This document shows, piece after piece, positions 31,653 through 44,536 of a stretch of DNA of 64,000 bases. The DNA is taken from positions 1,440,001 to 1,504,000 of the forward strand of contig OZ253555.1 of NCBI GenBank assembly GCA_965262725.1. Reading direction: 5' to 3'. The first letter of the stretch is position 1, and the number at the start of each line of letters is the position of its first letter. The notes below the pieces were generated by a model. It worked only from the letters and a program-made list of their open reading frames with translations. It did no database searches and had not been told where the DNA came from. The position numbers were made by a program, and so were the translations under genes. The stretch comes from Dehalococcoidia bacterium (lineage in GTDB: Bacteria > Chloroflexota > Dehalococcoidia > UBA2979).

Positions 31653-32327
31653 TCAGGCCGCCCGTGCCCCGTTGCGGCGGTGGAGTCCGCGCGAGAGCGC
31701 GTCCACGCAGGCGAGGAGCGACCCCGCGTCGAGTTCCGCGAGCGGGCGCCCGTAGCGCTGCTCGACCCAGGCGCGCGTGCGTTCCTCGTCGGCGCCTGCT
31801 CCGGCCGCGATCTCCAGCACCCGGCGGCGCAGCTCGTCGGCTTCGACGGCGGAGGGGGCGAGCACCGAACCGTCGAGTGCGGCCGAGAGGCCGTTTCCGA
31901 AGCGCTCCCCGAAGTGTCGGAGCGCGCGCTTGAGCGCGTCGGTCACGGCGGCCTTCGCGGCGACCGCGTGCCCCTCGGCCGTCGGTTCGGATGCGACGGC
32001 GGTGCCGACGTCGCTGTGGGGTCGGCAACCGTCGACGGTGACCCGGACGGTCGCCGTGTAGAGCGCGGCAGGAACGTCGCCGCCGCCGGTTGCCGGGAGC
32101 TCGCGGCACGCCACCTCGCCGACGAGTTCGGCGCCCCAGCGGTCGTGCCCGAAGACGGCGTTGGCCTGCTCGATGGCCCGCCAGCCTTCGATGTATCGGA
32201 GCACCTCGCCGTGCTCCGTCGTGCGCTCCGACACCAGCTCGGCGTCGAGCGGCTGCCGCAGGCGCCTCTTGGCGCCGCGGCTCAGCCGGCGCGGCCGCGC
32301 CGGCCTTCGTCTCGTGTTCTCGTCCAT
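31653..32327 (-). CDS. Rad52/Sak-like single-strand annealing protein
   Basis: YIEGWRAIEQANAVFGHDRW, KAAVTDALKRALRHFGERFGN. Confidence 0.85.
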   Translation of the reverse strand: MDENTRRRPARPRRLSRGAKRRLRQPLDAELVSERTTEHGEVLRYIEGWRAIEQANAVFGHDRWGAELVGEVACRELPATGGGDVPAALYTATVRVTVDGCRPHSDVGTAVASEPTAEGHAVAAKAAVTDALKRALRHFGERFGNGLSAALDGSVLAPSAVEADELRRRVLEIAAGAGADEERTRAWVEQRYGRPLAELDAGSLLACVDALSRGLHRRNGARAA

Positions 32328-33361
32328 GATTCCTGCTTTCGTGCGTGTGCCTGCTGGAGCGAACCCAGGAAGGCCCGGCGCCCACCTGGCCGGGATCCGA
32401 GTTCGCTGAGGTCGTGCGCGCCCCGGGGGAGCGGCACGGCGACCACCTGCGCCCCGAGCTCGGAGCGGAGGCGGGCTGAGGCGCGGCGACCGGCATCGTC
32501 GGCGTCGAGCGCGAGGTAGACGCGCCGGAAGGAGCGGAGCGCTTGCAGCGCCTCCCGCGAGACGTGAGTGCCGAGCAGCGCCGCGCCGTGCAGCTGCCAG
32601 GCGCAGACGGTCAGCCAGTCGAACGGCCCCTCGGTCAGGACCAGGGCGCGGGCGCCCGCGGCGCGCGCGCGTGCGAGACCGAGCAGGGGCGAGGGGAGGC
32701 GGAGGTTCAGGTAGCGGGGCTCCCGCCCGTCGAGCGAGCGGGCGGTCAGCCAGCTCGCTCGTCCCCCGCCGTCCAGCTCCGGGATGACGACACGCCCGGA
32801 GAGCACGTCGCGGTCGCCCGCGAGCAGGCCGACGCGACGCGCCGCCTCGAGGTCCGGTCCCCGCGACCGGAGGCGACGGGCGAGCCCGCCCGCAGCGAAG
32901 CCGATGCGAAGCCGCGCGGCGGTCTCCTCGTCGATGCCGCGCCCCTCCAGGTACGAGCGGGCCTCCCGGCTCCGCGCGTACTGCGCGGCGTAGAGGGAGC
33001 AGGCGGCCTCGATGACCGCCGCCGCCTCGTCATCCGGCACGGGGGGCATCCGCCGCGGCGGGGAGCGCACGGCCGCGGCGGGCACCGGGCCTGCGCCGCC
33101 ACTCCCGGCGAGCCGCGCCGCGGTCTCGCGGAACCCGGTGCCGTGCATCCGGCCGACGAAGTCGATGACGTCCCCGCCGCTGTCGCAGCCGAAGCAGAAC
33201 CAACTCGCCGACTCCGGGTAGACCACGAGGCTCGGCCTGCGGTCGTCGTGGAACGGGCAGAGGCCGGCGAGTCGGCGGCCCGAGGGCCGGAGCTCGACGC
33301 CGGCGCCCTGGACCGCCCTTGCGATCGGGTGTGCCGCCCGGATCGCCTCCGTGTCGAACAG
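32282..33361 (-). CDS. DnaG-like primase (CHC2 zinc finger + TOPRIM); canonical start codon not evident
   Basis: The frame upstream of 33226 continues as GLCPFHDDRRPSLVV..WFCFGC; LTEGPFD and LALDADDAG TOPRIM motifs. Confidence 0.8.
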   Translation of the reverse strand: MFDTEAIRAAHPIARAVQGAGVELRPSGRRLAGLCPFHDDRRPSLVVYPESASWFCFGCDSGGDVIDFVGRMHGTGFRETAARLAGSGGAGPVPAAAVRSPPRRMPPVPDDEAAAVIEAACSLYAAQYARSREARSYLEGRGIDEETAARLRIGFAAGGLARRLRSRGPDLEAARRVGLLAGDRDVLSGRVVIPELDGGGRASWLTARSLDGREPRYLNLRLPSPLLGLARARAAGARALVLTEGPFDWLTVCAWQLHGAALLGTHVSREALQALRSFRRVYLALDADDAGRRASARLRSELGAQVVAVPLPRGAHDLSELGSRPGGRRAFLGSLQQAHARKQESWTRTRDEGRRGRAG

Positions 33362-33665
33362 CTCAGCCGCTCCGGGGCGGCGCGGTCGTGTGCGGCCCGC
33401 CGCGGGCCTGCCGCGGCACGGCCGGTTGCGGGTCCGCGCACCGCGCGGTCCCGCGTCGCTCCCCGGGCGTTCCGGGGGCGTTGTGGCGTCGTTGCCGGGC
33501 GGCGCGCGGCGCCCCGCGGCAACGATCTCTCTTCTTCATCTCTTCCTCCACCTCCGTTGGCGCACGCTCCGCCGGCCGCCGCGGCACGCCGGGCGGTCGG
33601 CGGACAGAGAAGGGACCGCCCGCCGGGCGGTCCCTCGTCTCAGTCGTGCTCGTGGTCGGTCGGGG

Positions 33666-34652
33666 TCAGGCGAGCGGGCGTGCTCCGCGCAGCGCCCGCG
33701 GCGCGAAGGTGCGGCCGCGTTCCCAGCGCCTCAGGCCGAGCGCCGAGACGACCTCCCAGCGGCCGTCCGCGGTCGGGATCAGGACGGCGCCCCGCAGGGA
33801 GCTGGCCCGGTAGTGGATCGCGGCCAGCAGGCCGAGCCGGCGGCAGGCGGCGAGCCAGCAGCCGTAGAGGTGGCGCGCCACCTCCTCGGGCAGACCGTCG
33901 AGTTCGACGTCCTCTATCAGCTCGATCCCGCGCGCCGGCTCGCGCCGGTGCAGCCGTCGCGCCCCCGCGAGCGCCGCCTCCGCCGCGCGGAGGTGGGCGG
34001 CGCGCTCGCGGCGCCGCAGCGCCTCGAACGCGTCCGCGATCTCGGGCACGCCGCCGACCCTCCTCTCCATGGAGTCGAGCAGCCGCCGTGCCTCCTCGTT
34101 CCTGCCGCCGTCCAGGTGCCGCCCGGCCAGGGCCAGCTCCTCTCGCATCGTCCTCTCCTCCTTCCGCGCCTCCTCCTCCGCCAGCAGCCGGGCGACGTCC
34201 TCGCGCCCGGCCAGCGCCCGAGCCTCGCGCTCGAGCGCCGTCGCGTGCGCCTCGGCCCGCGTGCGGAGCCGCCCGGCCGTCGCCGCGACTCCCGCGGCTC
34301 TCTCCCGTGCGGCGCGCTCGAAGGCCGACCGTGCGAGCGAGGCCGCGCGCTCCGCCGCCCCGCCCATCTCGCGGGCGGTGCTCCGCAGCCGGGCGGCCTC
34401 CGCTGCGGCCGTCCGTGCGCGTCCCGCGCCGCGCTCCGCTTCGAGGCGGCGCTCGCCGTCTCGGGCGAGCAGATCCCGCAGCTCGCCGAGGGCTCGCCGC
34501 GCCTTCGCGTCGACCGCCTCGAGCTCGGCCGGCCCCGTGTCCCGGACGACGGGCACGAGCGCCCGCTCGGCGGGGATCGCTCCGCCCTCGGGGAACAGGC
34601 CGCGGACCGCTTCCAGCTCACCGAGGCTCGTCAGTACGATTCGCTGTGTCAT
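33666..34652 (-). CDS. Coiled-coil hypothetical protein of the integrative element
   Basis: RBS AGGAGG, Ala/Glu/Arg-rich helical sequence, co-oriented with the primase operon. Confidence 0.55.
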   Translation of the reverse strand: MTQRIVLTSLGELEAVRGLFPEGGAIPAERALVPVVRDTGPAELEAVDAKARRALGELRDLLARDGERRLEAERGAGRARTAAAEAARLRSTAREMGGAAERAASLARSAFERAARERAAGVAATAGRLRTRAEAHATALEREARALAGREDVARLLAEEEARKEERTMREELALAGRHLDGGRNEEARRLLDSMERRVGGVPEIADAFEALRRRERAAHLRAAEAALAGARRLHRREPARGIELIEDVELDGLPEEVARHLYGCWLAACRRLGLLAAIHYRASSLRGAVLIPTADGRWEVVSALGLRRWERGRTFAPRALRGARPLA

Positions 34653-34958
34653 CGCTCCCCTCCTATCGGCCTACCGCGCGCGCGCGCCGTTGAGGCCTCG
34701 GAAAGCCGCCGGCCTCCGCGCGGCCGGGCAACGGCTCCGTCGCGGTGTTCGCGGGCGTGCCGAGATCGGCCGCGGCGACCTGCTGGAGCTGCTGCCGCAG
34801 CGTCGCCAGCAGCTCCTCGTGCGGGACCTTCCGGCCTTCGGCCGATGCCGCGAGGAAGAGGACGCGCCGAGCCGGACTCCCCTCCTTCTCGAAGACCTGG
34901 AGCAGCGCCGCGAGCGGTCTCCCCTCAAGCACGACCGTGCGCTGCACCACCACGAGCA

Positions 34959-35472
34959 GGTGTAGGAGACCTCGCAGCCTCGTCCGGCGAGGAGCTCCTG
35001 GATGCGCGTCAGTTGCAGGCGGTCGGTCTCAAGCCAGCGCTCGATCTGCTCCGCCCAGGGCGAGAGCAGCTCCTCGCTCGGCGCCTCGACCTGCCGCGGG
35101 CCGGAGAGGCTCAGCGTCGCCAGCGCGGCGAGCTGCTCCTCACTCGGCTCGGGACCGCCCGGCGTGAGGCCGGCCGCCTCGGCCGCCTCGACGTAGCGGC
35201 GCACCGTCACGCGCGATAGCCCCGTGCCGCTGGCGATGCGGCGCTGGCTGAGCCCCGCCTGCCAGCGTCGAATGATCTCCTGGATCTCCACCCCGTGTAC
35301 CTCCCGGTAGGCCATCGCTGCTCCCTCCGCTGGGGATGCAGGCGATGGTGGCCGTACCGGCGACCCGGGCGGGCAGGAGTCCCTGACGGGGTGGATCAAT
35401 GACCCTGGCGAAGTGGATCAATGACCCTGGCGATCTGGCGATTTCGTGGTCTATAGACCTTGGCGATTCACA
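34959..35472 (-). mobile_element. IS21 left-end fragment with 5' part of istA
   Basis: Near-identical to 58042-58554; terminal TGTGAATCGCCA at 35472; istA (ATG 35315) breaks after GCEVSYT. Confidence 0.9.
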
Positions 35473-35569
35473 GTGGAGGGGACGGGCGGAGGGGCGCATA
35501 GAGCTGCGATACAGTGCCCCCACAATAGAAGGTGCGCCCGAGGAGTGGTTGGTTCGCGTGAACGACGGC

Positions 35570-35754
35570 TCCGGGAGCTGTGGCTGAACGGCAACCAGTT
35601 GAGCGGGACGATCCCCTCTGGGTTCGGAGAGCTGAGCACTCTGGAGGCGCTCTACCTGGACGGGAACGAGCTGACCGGGTGCATTCCGCCGCCGCGCGAG
35701 GATGTCGAGGACACGGACGCCACAAAGCTCGGCCTGAGCCACTGCGAAGCGTAG
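35570..35754 (+). pseudogene. Leucine-rich-repeat protein 3' fragment
   Basis: LRELWLNGNQLSGTIPSGFGELSTLEALYLDGNELTGCIP (plant-type LRR consensus). Confidence 0.75.
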
Positions 35755-35813
35755 TCGCCGCGCGTCGTCGTCGCTCCCATGGCGAGGCGGCGGGTCCTGC
35801 GGGTGTTGGCCAG

Positions 35814-36962
35814 TCACCCTAGCAAGTGGTCCAGGGCCTCCGCCGCTGCCTGCTGCTGACCGCGCAGTAGATGGCCGTACGTGTCCATCGTGAAGGACGC
35901 CGAGCCGTGGCCGAGACGCCGCGAGACCGTGAAGACATCGACGCCGGCCCGGAGCCAGAGACTTGCAGCGGTGTGCCGCAGGGAGTGCCAGTTAGTCGTC
36001 TCAGGCGCGTTTACGTCGGACCGAGCGAGCACCCGACGGAAGCCGGAGTAGAAGTTGTGACGATTCCAGGGCTCCCCCGTGGCCGACGGAAAGACCAGGC
36101 CCCAATCATCCCACGCGCCCCCGAGCTGGAGGCGTGTCGCATTCTGCGCGGCACGGTGCCGGCGCAGCATCGCGACCGTCGCCCCCGAGAGGGCGATGGT
36201 GCGACGCGCATTGCGCGTCTTCGGCGGGAGCATCCGGAAGCCACCGTCGAGCTGCGCGAGCGTCTGGCGCACCACGAATGAGCCCGTCTCGAGGTCCGTC
36301 GACTCCCACGTCGCCGCGAGCAACTCCCCCTGGCGCGTCCCCGTCGCGAGCGCGAACCGGATTGGCGCATCGAATTCGGTGGCCTCGGCCGCCCGGAGCA
36401 ACGCGGCGATCTCCTCCTCGTTCAGCGCCCGACGCTCGCCGGTTGCCCTCTGGGGCGATGGACTCTGGACGGCGTCTGCGGGGTTGCGCGGCATCAACTG
36501 GGCGGTCACCGCCGCACGGAGCGACTGGCGCAACACGCCGAGGATGGTCCGGACGGTTGCCGGAGTCACCACCGTGCTGGCAGCCGCCTTGACGGCTAGC
36601 ACGTGGTCGGTGCGGAGATCCTGCAGGCGCACCGGCCCGATGGTCGGCGAGAGGTGGTGCGCAATGATCGCCCGGTAGTTCTGGGCGGTGCGCGGGCCGA
36701 TCGCCCCGTCCTCGGCCCGCCGTTCGATCCAGCGGGTCACCCACTCGGCGACTGTGATGCGAGTCGGCTCTACACCGCCGTGGTCACGCTCACGCAGGGC
36801 GTCGCGGAGCGCACGCTGCGCATCCCTCTTGCTCCCCTTCACCGTGAACCGGCGTCGTCGCCGCCGTCCCGTGAGCGCTTCACGAGGAAGCTCGACGGTG
36901 ACCTGCCAGCTTCCACCGGACCGTTGCTCAATCGAGCCCGATCCATGGTCACGCCGGGCCAT
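35814..36962 (-). CDS. int: Tyrosine integrase
   Basis: GSGSIEQR arm-binding N-terminus, TGTRQGEL, PKT, HSLRH, RLGH, TMDTY. Confidence 0.95.
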   Translation of the reverse strand: MARRDHGSGSIEQRSGGSWQVTVELPREALTGRRRRRRFTVKGSKRDAQRALRDALRERDHGGVEPTRITVAEWVTRWIERRAEDGAIGPRTAQNYRAIIAHHLSPTIGPVRLQDLRTDHVLAVKAAASTVVTPATVRTILGVLRQSLRAAVTAQLMPRNPADAVQSPSPQRATGERRALNEEEIAALLRAAEATEFDAPIRFALATGTRQGELLAATWESTDLETGSFVVRQTLAQLDGGFRMLPPKTRNARRTIALSGATVAMLRRHRAAQNATRLQLGGAWDDWGLVFPSATGEPWNRHNFYSGFRRVLARSDVNAPETTNWHSLRHTAASLWLRAGVDVFTVSRRLGHGSASFTMDTYGHLLRGQQQAAAEALDHLLG

Positions 36963-37110
36963 CGCACCCACCTCCTCCATCCCGCCCCGATACGCGCAGG
37001 CCGAGCCCCCGATCGTAACAGCACATCAGTTCTGTATCCGCAGCGGCGTCAGCCGCGTGCGCTTCTCGCGCACCCGATACCGAGATGGTCAGCGACTGTC
37101 GTACCGCCTC

Positions 37111-37347
37111 CTATCGGTACGTCCGGGGCAGGGCCAGAGTTCGTTCGCGCGCGCTCTGGGCCCTCGTTGCGTCGGCAGGTTCAGCCCGAAGCCACTCTTC
37201 AAGGGCTGCTCGCGGCACCCGAATGACGCGGCCGAGACGGATCGCTGGCATCTCGCCCCGCGCGACGAGTTCGTACGCGAGGTTGCGCGAGATGCGCAGT
37301 AGCGCGGCCGCCTCTCGCACAGTCAACAGCATGGCGTCCTCAGGCAC
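37111..37347 (-). CDS. Excisionase-like HTH_17 protein
   Basis: LLTVREAAALLRISRNLAYELVARGEMPAIRLGRVIRVP directly upstream of the integrase. Confidence 0.85.
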   Translation of the reverse strand: MPEDAMLLTVREAAALLRISRNLAYELVARGEMPAIRLGRVIRVPRAALEEWLRAEPADATRAQSARERTLALPRTYR

Positions 37348-37685
37348 GGGCCTCCTCCCTTCCGGATGAGATCGTCGTGTCAAGCCCCGCCGTGTGGAAC
37401 CGGAGGGCGGTGCCCGTCCGACGGCCATGCTCATCTGGCTCGACGTGTGGCGATTGCCAGATCGGTCCCAGCAGTCCCGCCGCAACCGGTGTGCCCTGCC
37501 CGAACCGCCATTCGGCGGTGAGGCGCAGCGGCAGGCGGGTCAGTGACCCGCGCTCGGCACGGCGAGCGGCGCGTGCGACGTGCTCCTCGGCGCGGTCGTC
37601 GGCGCAGACGAAGAGCAGCACCGGCTCAGCGTCGAAGTCCTGCCGCCACGCCCCGGCCGCGAAGTAGCGCCGGTATCCACCGAAC
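37340..37685 (-). pseudogene. 3' fragment of a probable replication-relaxation family protein
   Basis: FGGYRRYF...WRQDF..PVLLFVC...GLLGPIW; stop overlaps the xis start; 5' part lost at the 37685 junction. Confidence 0.4.
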
Positions 37686-37974
37686 CGACGGGCTGAAGCG
37701 CGCGCTCCGGCACTTCGGGGCGCGCTTCGGCAACGGGCTCGGGGCCGCGCCGGCCGGCAAATTCCCGGGCGGAGCCGGGGCCGCGCCCGGCGAACTGCGC
37801 CGCCGCGTGCTTCAGATCGCGGCCGGAGCCGGCGCCGACGAGGAATGCACGCGCGAATGGATCGCGCGGCGCTACGGCTGCTCGCTCGACGAGCTCGACG
37901 GCCGCCGGCTGCTCGCCGCGGTGGACGCGCTCTCGCGCGGACTGCATCGCCGCAACGGGACCCGGGCGGCCTGA
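37684..37974 (+). pseudogene. Rad52-like 3' fragment, copy 2
   Basis: Begins abruptly at TDGLKRALRHFGARFGN. Confidence 0.8.
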
Positions 37975-37978
37975 ACCG

Positions 37979-38188
37979 ATGGACTACCGCCCCAGCCGCG
38001 TCATCGAGACGCGCCACGGACGATACGACGTCGCCCGGATCCCGCTGCCCGAGTGCCCGATCCCAGGCTTCCGGGCCTGCCTCATCCAGGCCGTCGACGC
38101 CGATCGCCCCCAGGCGCGGGCGATCCGACTCACGCTCTACGAGCGTCTCGACCCGCGCCCTCGTGGGGATGCTCCCGGTGCGGCGTAG
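37979..38188 (+). CDS. Small hypothetical protein (69 aa), copy 2
   Basis: Paralog of 31439-31648. Confidence 0.6.
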   Translation: MDYRPSRVIETRHGRYDVARIPLPECPIPGFRACLIQAVDADRPQARAIRLTLYERLDPRPRGDAPGAA

Positions 38189-39077
38189 GCAGCCGGGCGG
38201 CCGGACCGACCCCTACCAGGAGATCACCGGCCGCATCATCACCGCGCTTGCGCGCGGCACCGTGCCATGGCGCACGCCGTGGCGCGCCCGCGGGCACAGG
38301 AACGCCCGCTCCAACCGCCCCTACCGCGGCATCAACACGCTGGTCCTCCAGATGACCGCGCTCGAGCGCGGCTGGAGCGACCCGCGCTGGCTCACCTACC
38401 GCCAGGCCGAGGCCGCGGGCGGGCACGTGCGCCGCGGCGAGCACGGCACGCGCGTCGTGCTCTGGAAGTGGACCGAGCGGAGGGACCCGGAGGACCCCGA
38501 GCGGGTGGAGCGTTTCCCGCTGATTCGCCTCTACGCCGTCTTCAACGTCGACCAGTGCGAGGGCGTGACGCTGCCCGCACGGGTGGACGGCGGCTGTCCA
38601 GATCCGCTGGAACGCGCGGAGGCGGTGATCGCAGGCTACCGGGACCCACCGACGCTCCACTGGGACGCCGAGGGCGCCTACTACGTCCCCGAGCGGGACG
38701 AGGTGCACGTGCCGCCGCGCGCAGCCTTCAGCGACGCGCACGGCTACTACGCGACGCTCTTCCACGAACTCGCCCACTCCACCGGTCACCCCAGCCGCCT
38801 CGCGCGCGAGGGCTACCGGACCGCCGCCCGCTTCGGCTCCGAGCGCTACTCGCAGGAGGAGCTGGTGGCGGAGTTCGCGGCCGCCTTCCTCGGGAGCGAG
38901 GCCGGGATCGACCCCTCAAGGGTCGATCAGTCCGCCGCCTACATCGCCTCGTGGCTGCGCGTGCTCGACGACGACAGGCGCCTGGTCGTGGTCGCCGCCG
39001 CACAGGGACAGCGCGCCGCCGATCACATCCTCGGGCGAAGTCCCGAGACGCCGGAGCCGCCGGAAGCGGCGGCCTGA
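38169..39077 (+). CDS. ardC: ArdC-like antirestriction protein, copy 2
   Basis: Same motifs as copy 1, including HELAH. Confidence 0.9.
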   Translation: MLPVRRRQPGGRTDPYQEITGRIITALARGTVPWRTPWRARGHRNARSNRPYRGINTLVLQMTALERGWSDPRWLTYRQAEAAGGHVRRGEHGTRVVLWKWTERRDPEDPERVERFPLIRLYAVFNVDQCEGVTLPARVDGGCPDPLERAEAVIAGYRDPPTLHWDAEGAYYVPERDEVHVPPRAAFSDAHGYYATLFHELAHSTGHPSRLAREGYRTAARFGSERYSQEELVAEFAAAFLGSEAGIDPSRVDQSAAYIASWLRVLDDDRRLVVVAAAQGQRAADHILGRSPETPEPPEAAA

Positions 39078-39202
39078 CCCACGCGGGGCCGGGGAGCGCA
39101 CGGCGGGGCGGCGCATGGCGCACACCGCGGGAGATCACGCCGGACCGCCGCCCCGGTCCGGCCTCGCCATCCACGACAGCACCGAGAGAGAAGGAGAACC
39201 TG

Positions 39203-39520
39203 ATGCCACGACGGATCATCTGCTGGGAGATCACCGACGCGTTCTCGAAGTTCGGCTTCGACGACGGCGATGGTCCCAACTTCACCGACGAGGTCGCCGC
39301 CGCCATCGAGGCGGCCGGCCCCTACCGCTGCCGCACCCAGATCTGGGGGCTCCACAACTACGGGATCGAAACCATCGAGGAGGAGGTCGCGCCGGAGGAG
39401 TGGGTGCGCGTTGCCGAGTTCGACGGCTACGAGCTGCCGCCCTGGGAGAGCCTCCCGGGTCCCGTGCGCGACGCGCTCGTCGCCCTCAACGACGGCGAGT
39501 CGCCCGCGTGGCGGCTCTGA
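39203..39520 (+). CDS. Conserved acidic hypothetical protein (105 aa), copy 2
   Basis: Paralog of 30110-30427. Confidence 0.7.
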   Translation: MPRRIICWEITDAFSKFGFDDGDGPNFTDEVAAAIEAAGPYRCRTQIWGLHNYGIETIEEEVAPEEWVRVAEFDGYELPPWESLPGPVRDALVALNDGESPAWRL

Positions 39521-39525
39521 GCGAT

Positions 39526-39580
39526 TCGCGTGCGGACGTGGCCGGACAGGCAGTACCTGTCCGGCCACGTCCGCACGCGA
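39526..39580. repeat. Perfect 25-bp inverted repeat with 5-nt loop
   Basis: TCGCGTGCGGACGTGGCCGGACAGG-CAGTA-CCTGTCCGGCCACGTCCGCACGCGA. Confidence 0.95.
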
Positions 39581-39849
39581 TCCGGCCCCTTGCGACTGGT
39601 CCAAGGGGAAGGACGCGCAGGCGATAGAGCTCCGCGCCGGTCGCGATGACGTGGGCGTGCAAGGTGGGCGGGTCAACGACCTCGGCGGCGATCCGGGTAT
39701 CTGAGAGGGTCTGATCCGACTCCGGGGCGGGAGCATTCATAGCGACCGGCGGCCGTTGCTAACAGTCGGTGAGTCGTCAGGCGAGCTACGACAGCCTCTC
39801 GAGCGCCTTGAACCTCGCGATCCCCCGCTAAGGCCGGCAACGGCCGAGC

Positions 39850-40734
39850 CTAGTCGCCGTAGGAGTCACGCGCCGTGCGAATCAGGTCTGTAAGCTCGTC
39901 ACTACGCTCTTCCAGATCGTCGTCCGTGACACGCATTCGGTAGTGGTTCCAGCGTGTGTCATACGGAAGCATTTCCAAACCAGACTCTTCGAGGCGCTCC
40001 GTGAGTTCGTCGGAGCGGGGGATCTTGAACTCGGCGATCACGTGCTTTCGGCGCGGCCGAAACAGGATGAAGTTTCGTGCGACGCCGTGGCTCGCTAGCC
40101 CTACGTAGTGCTTGTTGTACTTCGGCTGGAGGTCAGGTTCGATACGCTGGATCATCCCGGAGAATTCATCCACCAGTCGAACCGACTCGCGCGACGCTCG
40201 CCCCTCCCAGTAGGCCCGGTCGACCGTCTCCCCCTCCTCGTCCTCAGGCATTCCTAAGGCCCTGACATCGACCACTCGCGTAAACACTAGCGTGAAGGCG
40301 CCATTGACCTCGATGCCCTCCACCTGAATCGCCACGAGCGGGATGAAGCCGTTGAACAGACTGATCACGTTGAGGAAACGGCTCGTCACGTCCTCCGCGA
40401 CGAGCACCGCCACGTGGTCGTACTGAGGGTAGCGACGCTTCTCGATGTCCCAGTACTCGATCGTGCGGACGATGTGCGACTCGTCGGTCGCGCCGAGCTG
40501 GAGCTCGACCTCATAGCGTGTGAGCGTCTCAGGGTCCGACAGCAACAGATCGAGACGCCCAGCCCGCGGCTGGCGCCGCTCGCTGTCCCTCACCGCCAGA
40601 TCGCCCAGCCCCAAGAGCGTCGGGTCGTCGATGAGCCGCTTGTGCAGCCATCGCTCATTGAGCTCCGGGTGGCCGCTCAGGCTCACACGCTTCGGCTTGT
40701 GGAACTCCATCTCGGCCCCCGAACCGCCAGCCAT
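39850..40734 (-). CDS. NucS-like PD-(D/E)XK nuclease-fold protein
   Basis: GRLDLLL...YEVELQLGATDESHIVRTIEYW; lies downstream of hsdR. Confidence 0.6.
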   Translation of the reverse strand: MAGGSGAEMEFHKPKRVSLSGHPELNERWLHKRLIDDPTLLGLGDLAVRDSERRQPRAGRLDLLLSDPETLTRYEVELQLGATDESHIVRTIEYWDIEKRRYPQYDHVAVLVAEDVTSRFLNVISLFNGFIPLVAIQVEGIEVNGAFTLVFTRVVDVRALGMPEDEEGETVDRAYWEGRASRESVRLVDEFSGMIQRIEPDLQPKYNKHYVGLASHGVARNFILFRPRRKHVIAEFKIPRSDELTERLEESGLEMLPYDTRWNHYRMRVTDDDLEERSDELTDLIRTARDSYGD

Positions 40735-41398
40735 GCCGTATCAGCATCCGTGGCGACCCGCCCAAGGCGCAAGCAGATCCTCACTCTGGACCGCCGCCTG
40801 GAGTGTCGCCGAGTTGGTAGGTCTGTCTTCGTTAACGTAGAGGGCGCCGGTGATGATGCTGCAATCCCATTCTGTCGGGCGTTGCCGTCGGCAGCCCCGG
40901 CGCCGCGCTGACGTCCAGCCGTCTCGCGCACATACTCTAGTCGGGCGCGGTCGCATCGAGAGCCGGCGCACCGTCCGCGGAGGCCTGAAGGGATGACGGG
41001 CGCGCTCAGGAGCGCCCTGTTGTACGCCGCGGAGCCGTAGGGGCGGACGTCCCGCGGCGGGAGGGGCCGACGACTGCGAGGCGCACCCGGCGCCACGCGC
41101 CGCGGCCGGTGAGTGCCGCCCACGCCTGCGAGGGCGAGTCAGGTTCGGAATCGCGACCCTCCGTCACCTGCGTGGTCGCCGGGTTGGTCAGCGCGATCGT
41201 GACTCTCGTGCCGTCGTTGTCGGTAACGGTGACCGCCGCGGAGCCGGGCGTCCCTCCCGCGCCGTGTCCGGGTCGCGTTCCAGCCACACGCCCCCGTCCG
41301 AGGTCGTGATTCGCCCCATGCCGCGGGGCTTGACCAACTGATCGAGTGCGATGGTCAGGTTCGCCGAATCGGGGTGTTCGGGTGCGGGAGATGGGATC

Positions 41399-44536
<3,138 letters not shown>

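Larger units (their letters stand above)
37684..39520 (+). repeat. Diverged inverted copy of 30110-31943
   Basis: Same gene order and intergenic DNA on the opposite strand with scattered substitutions. Confidence 0.92.

Noticed and set aside
32543-35219. Long plus-strand ORFs (716 aa, 622 aa) and many similar Arg/Pro/Ala-rich ORFs
   Set aside because: Shadow frames opposite real genes in very GC-rich DNA, with no motifs.
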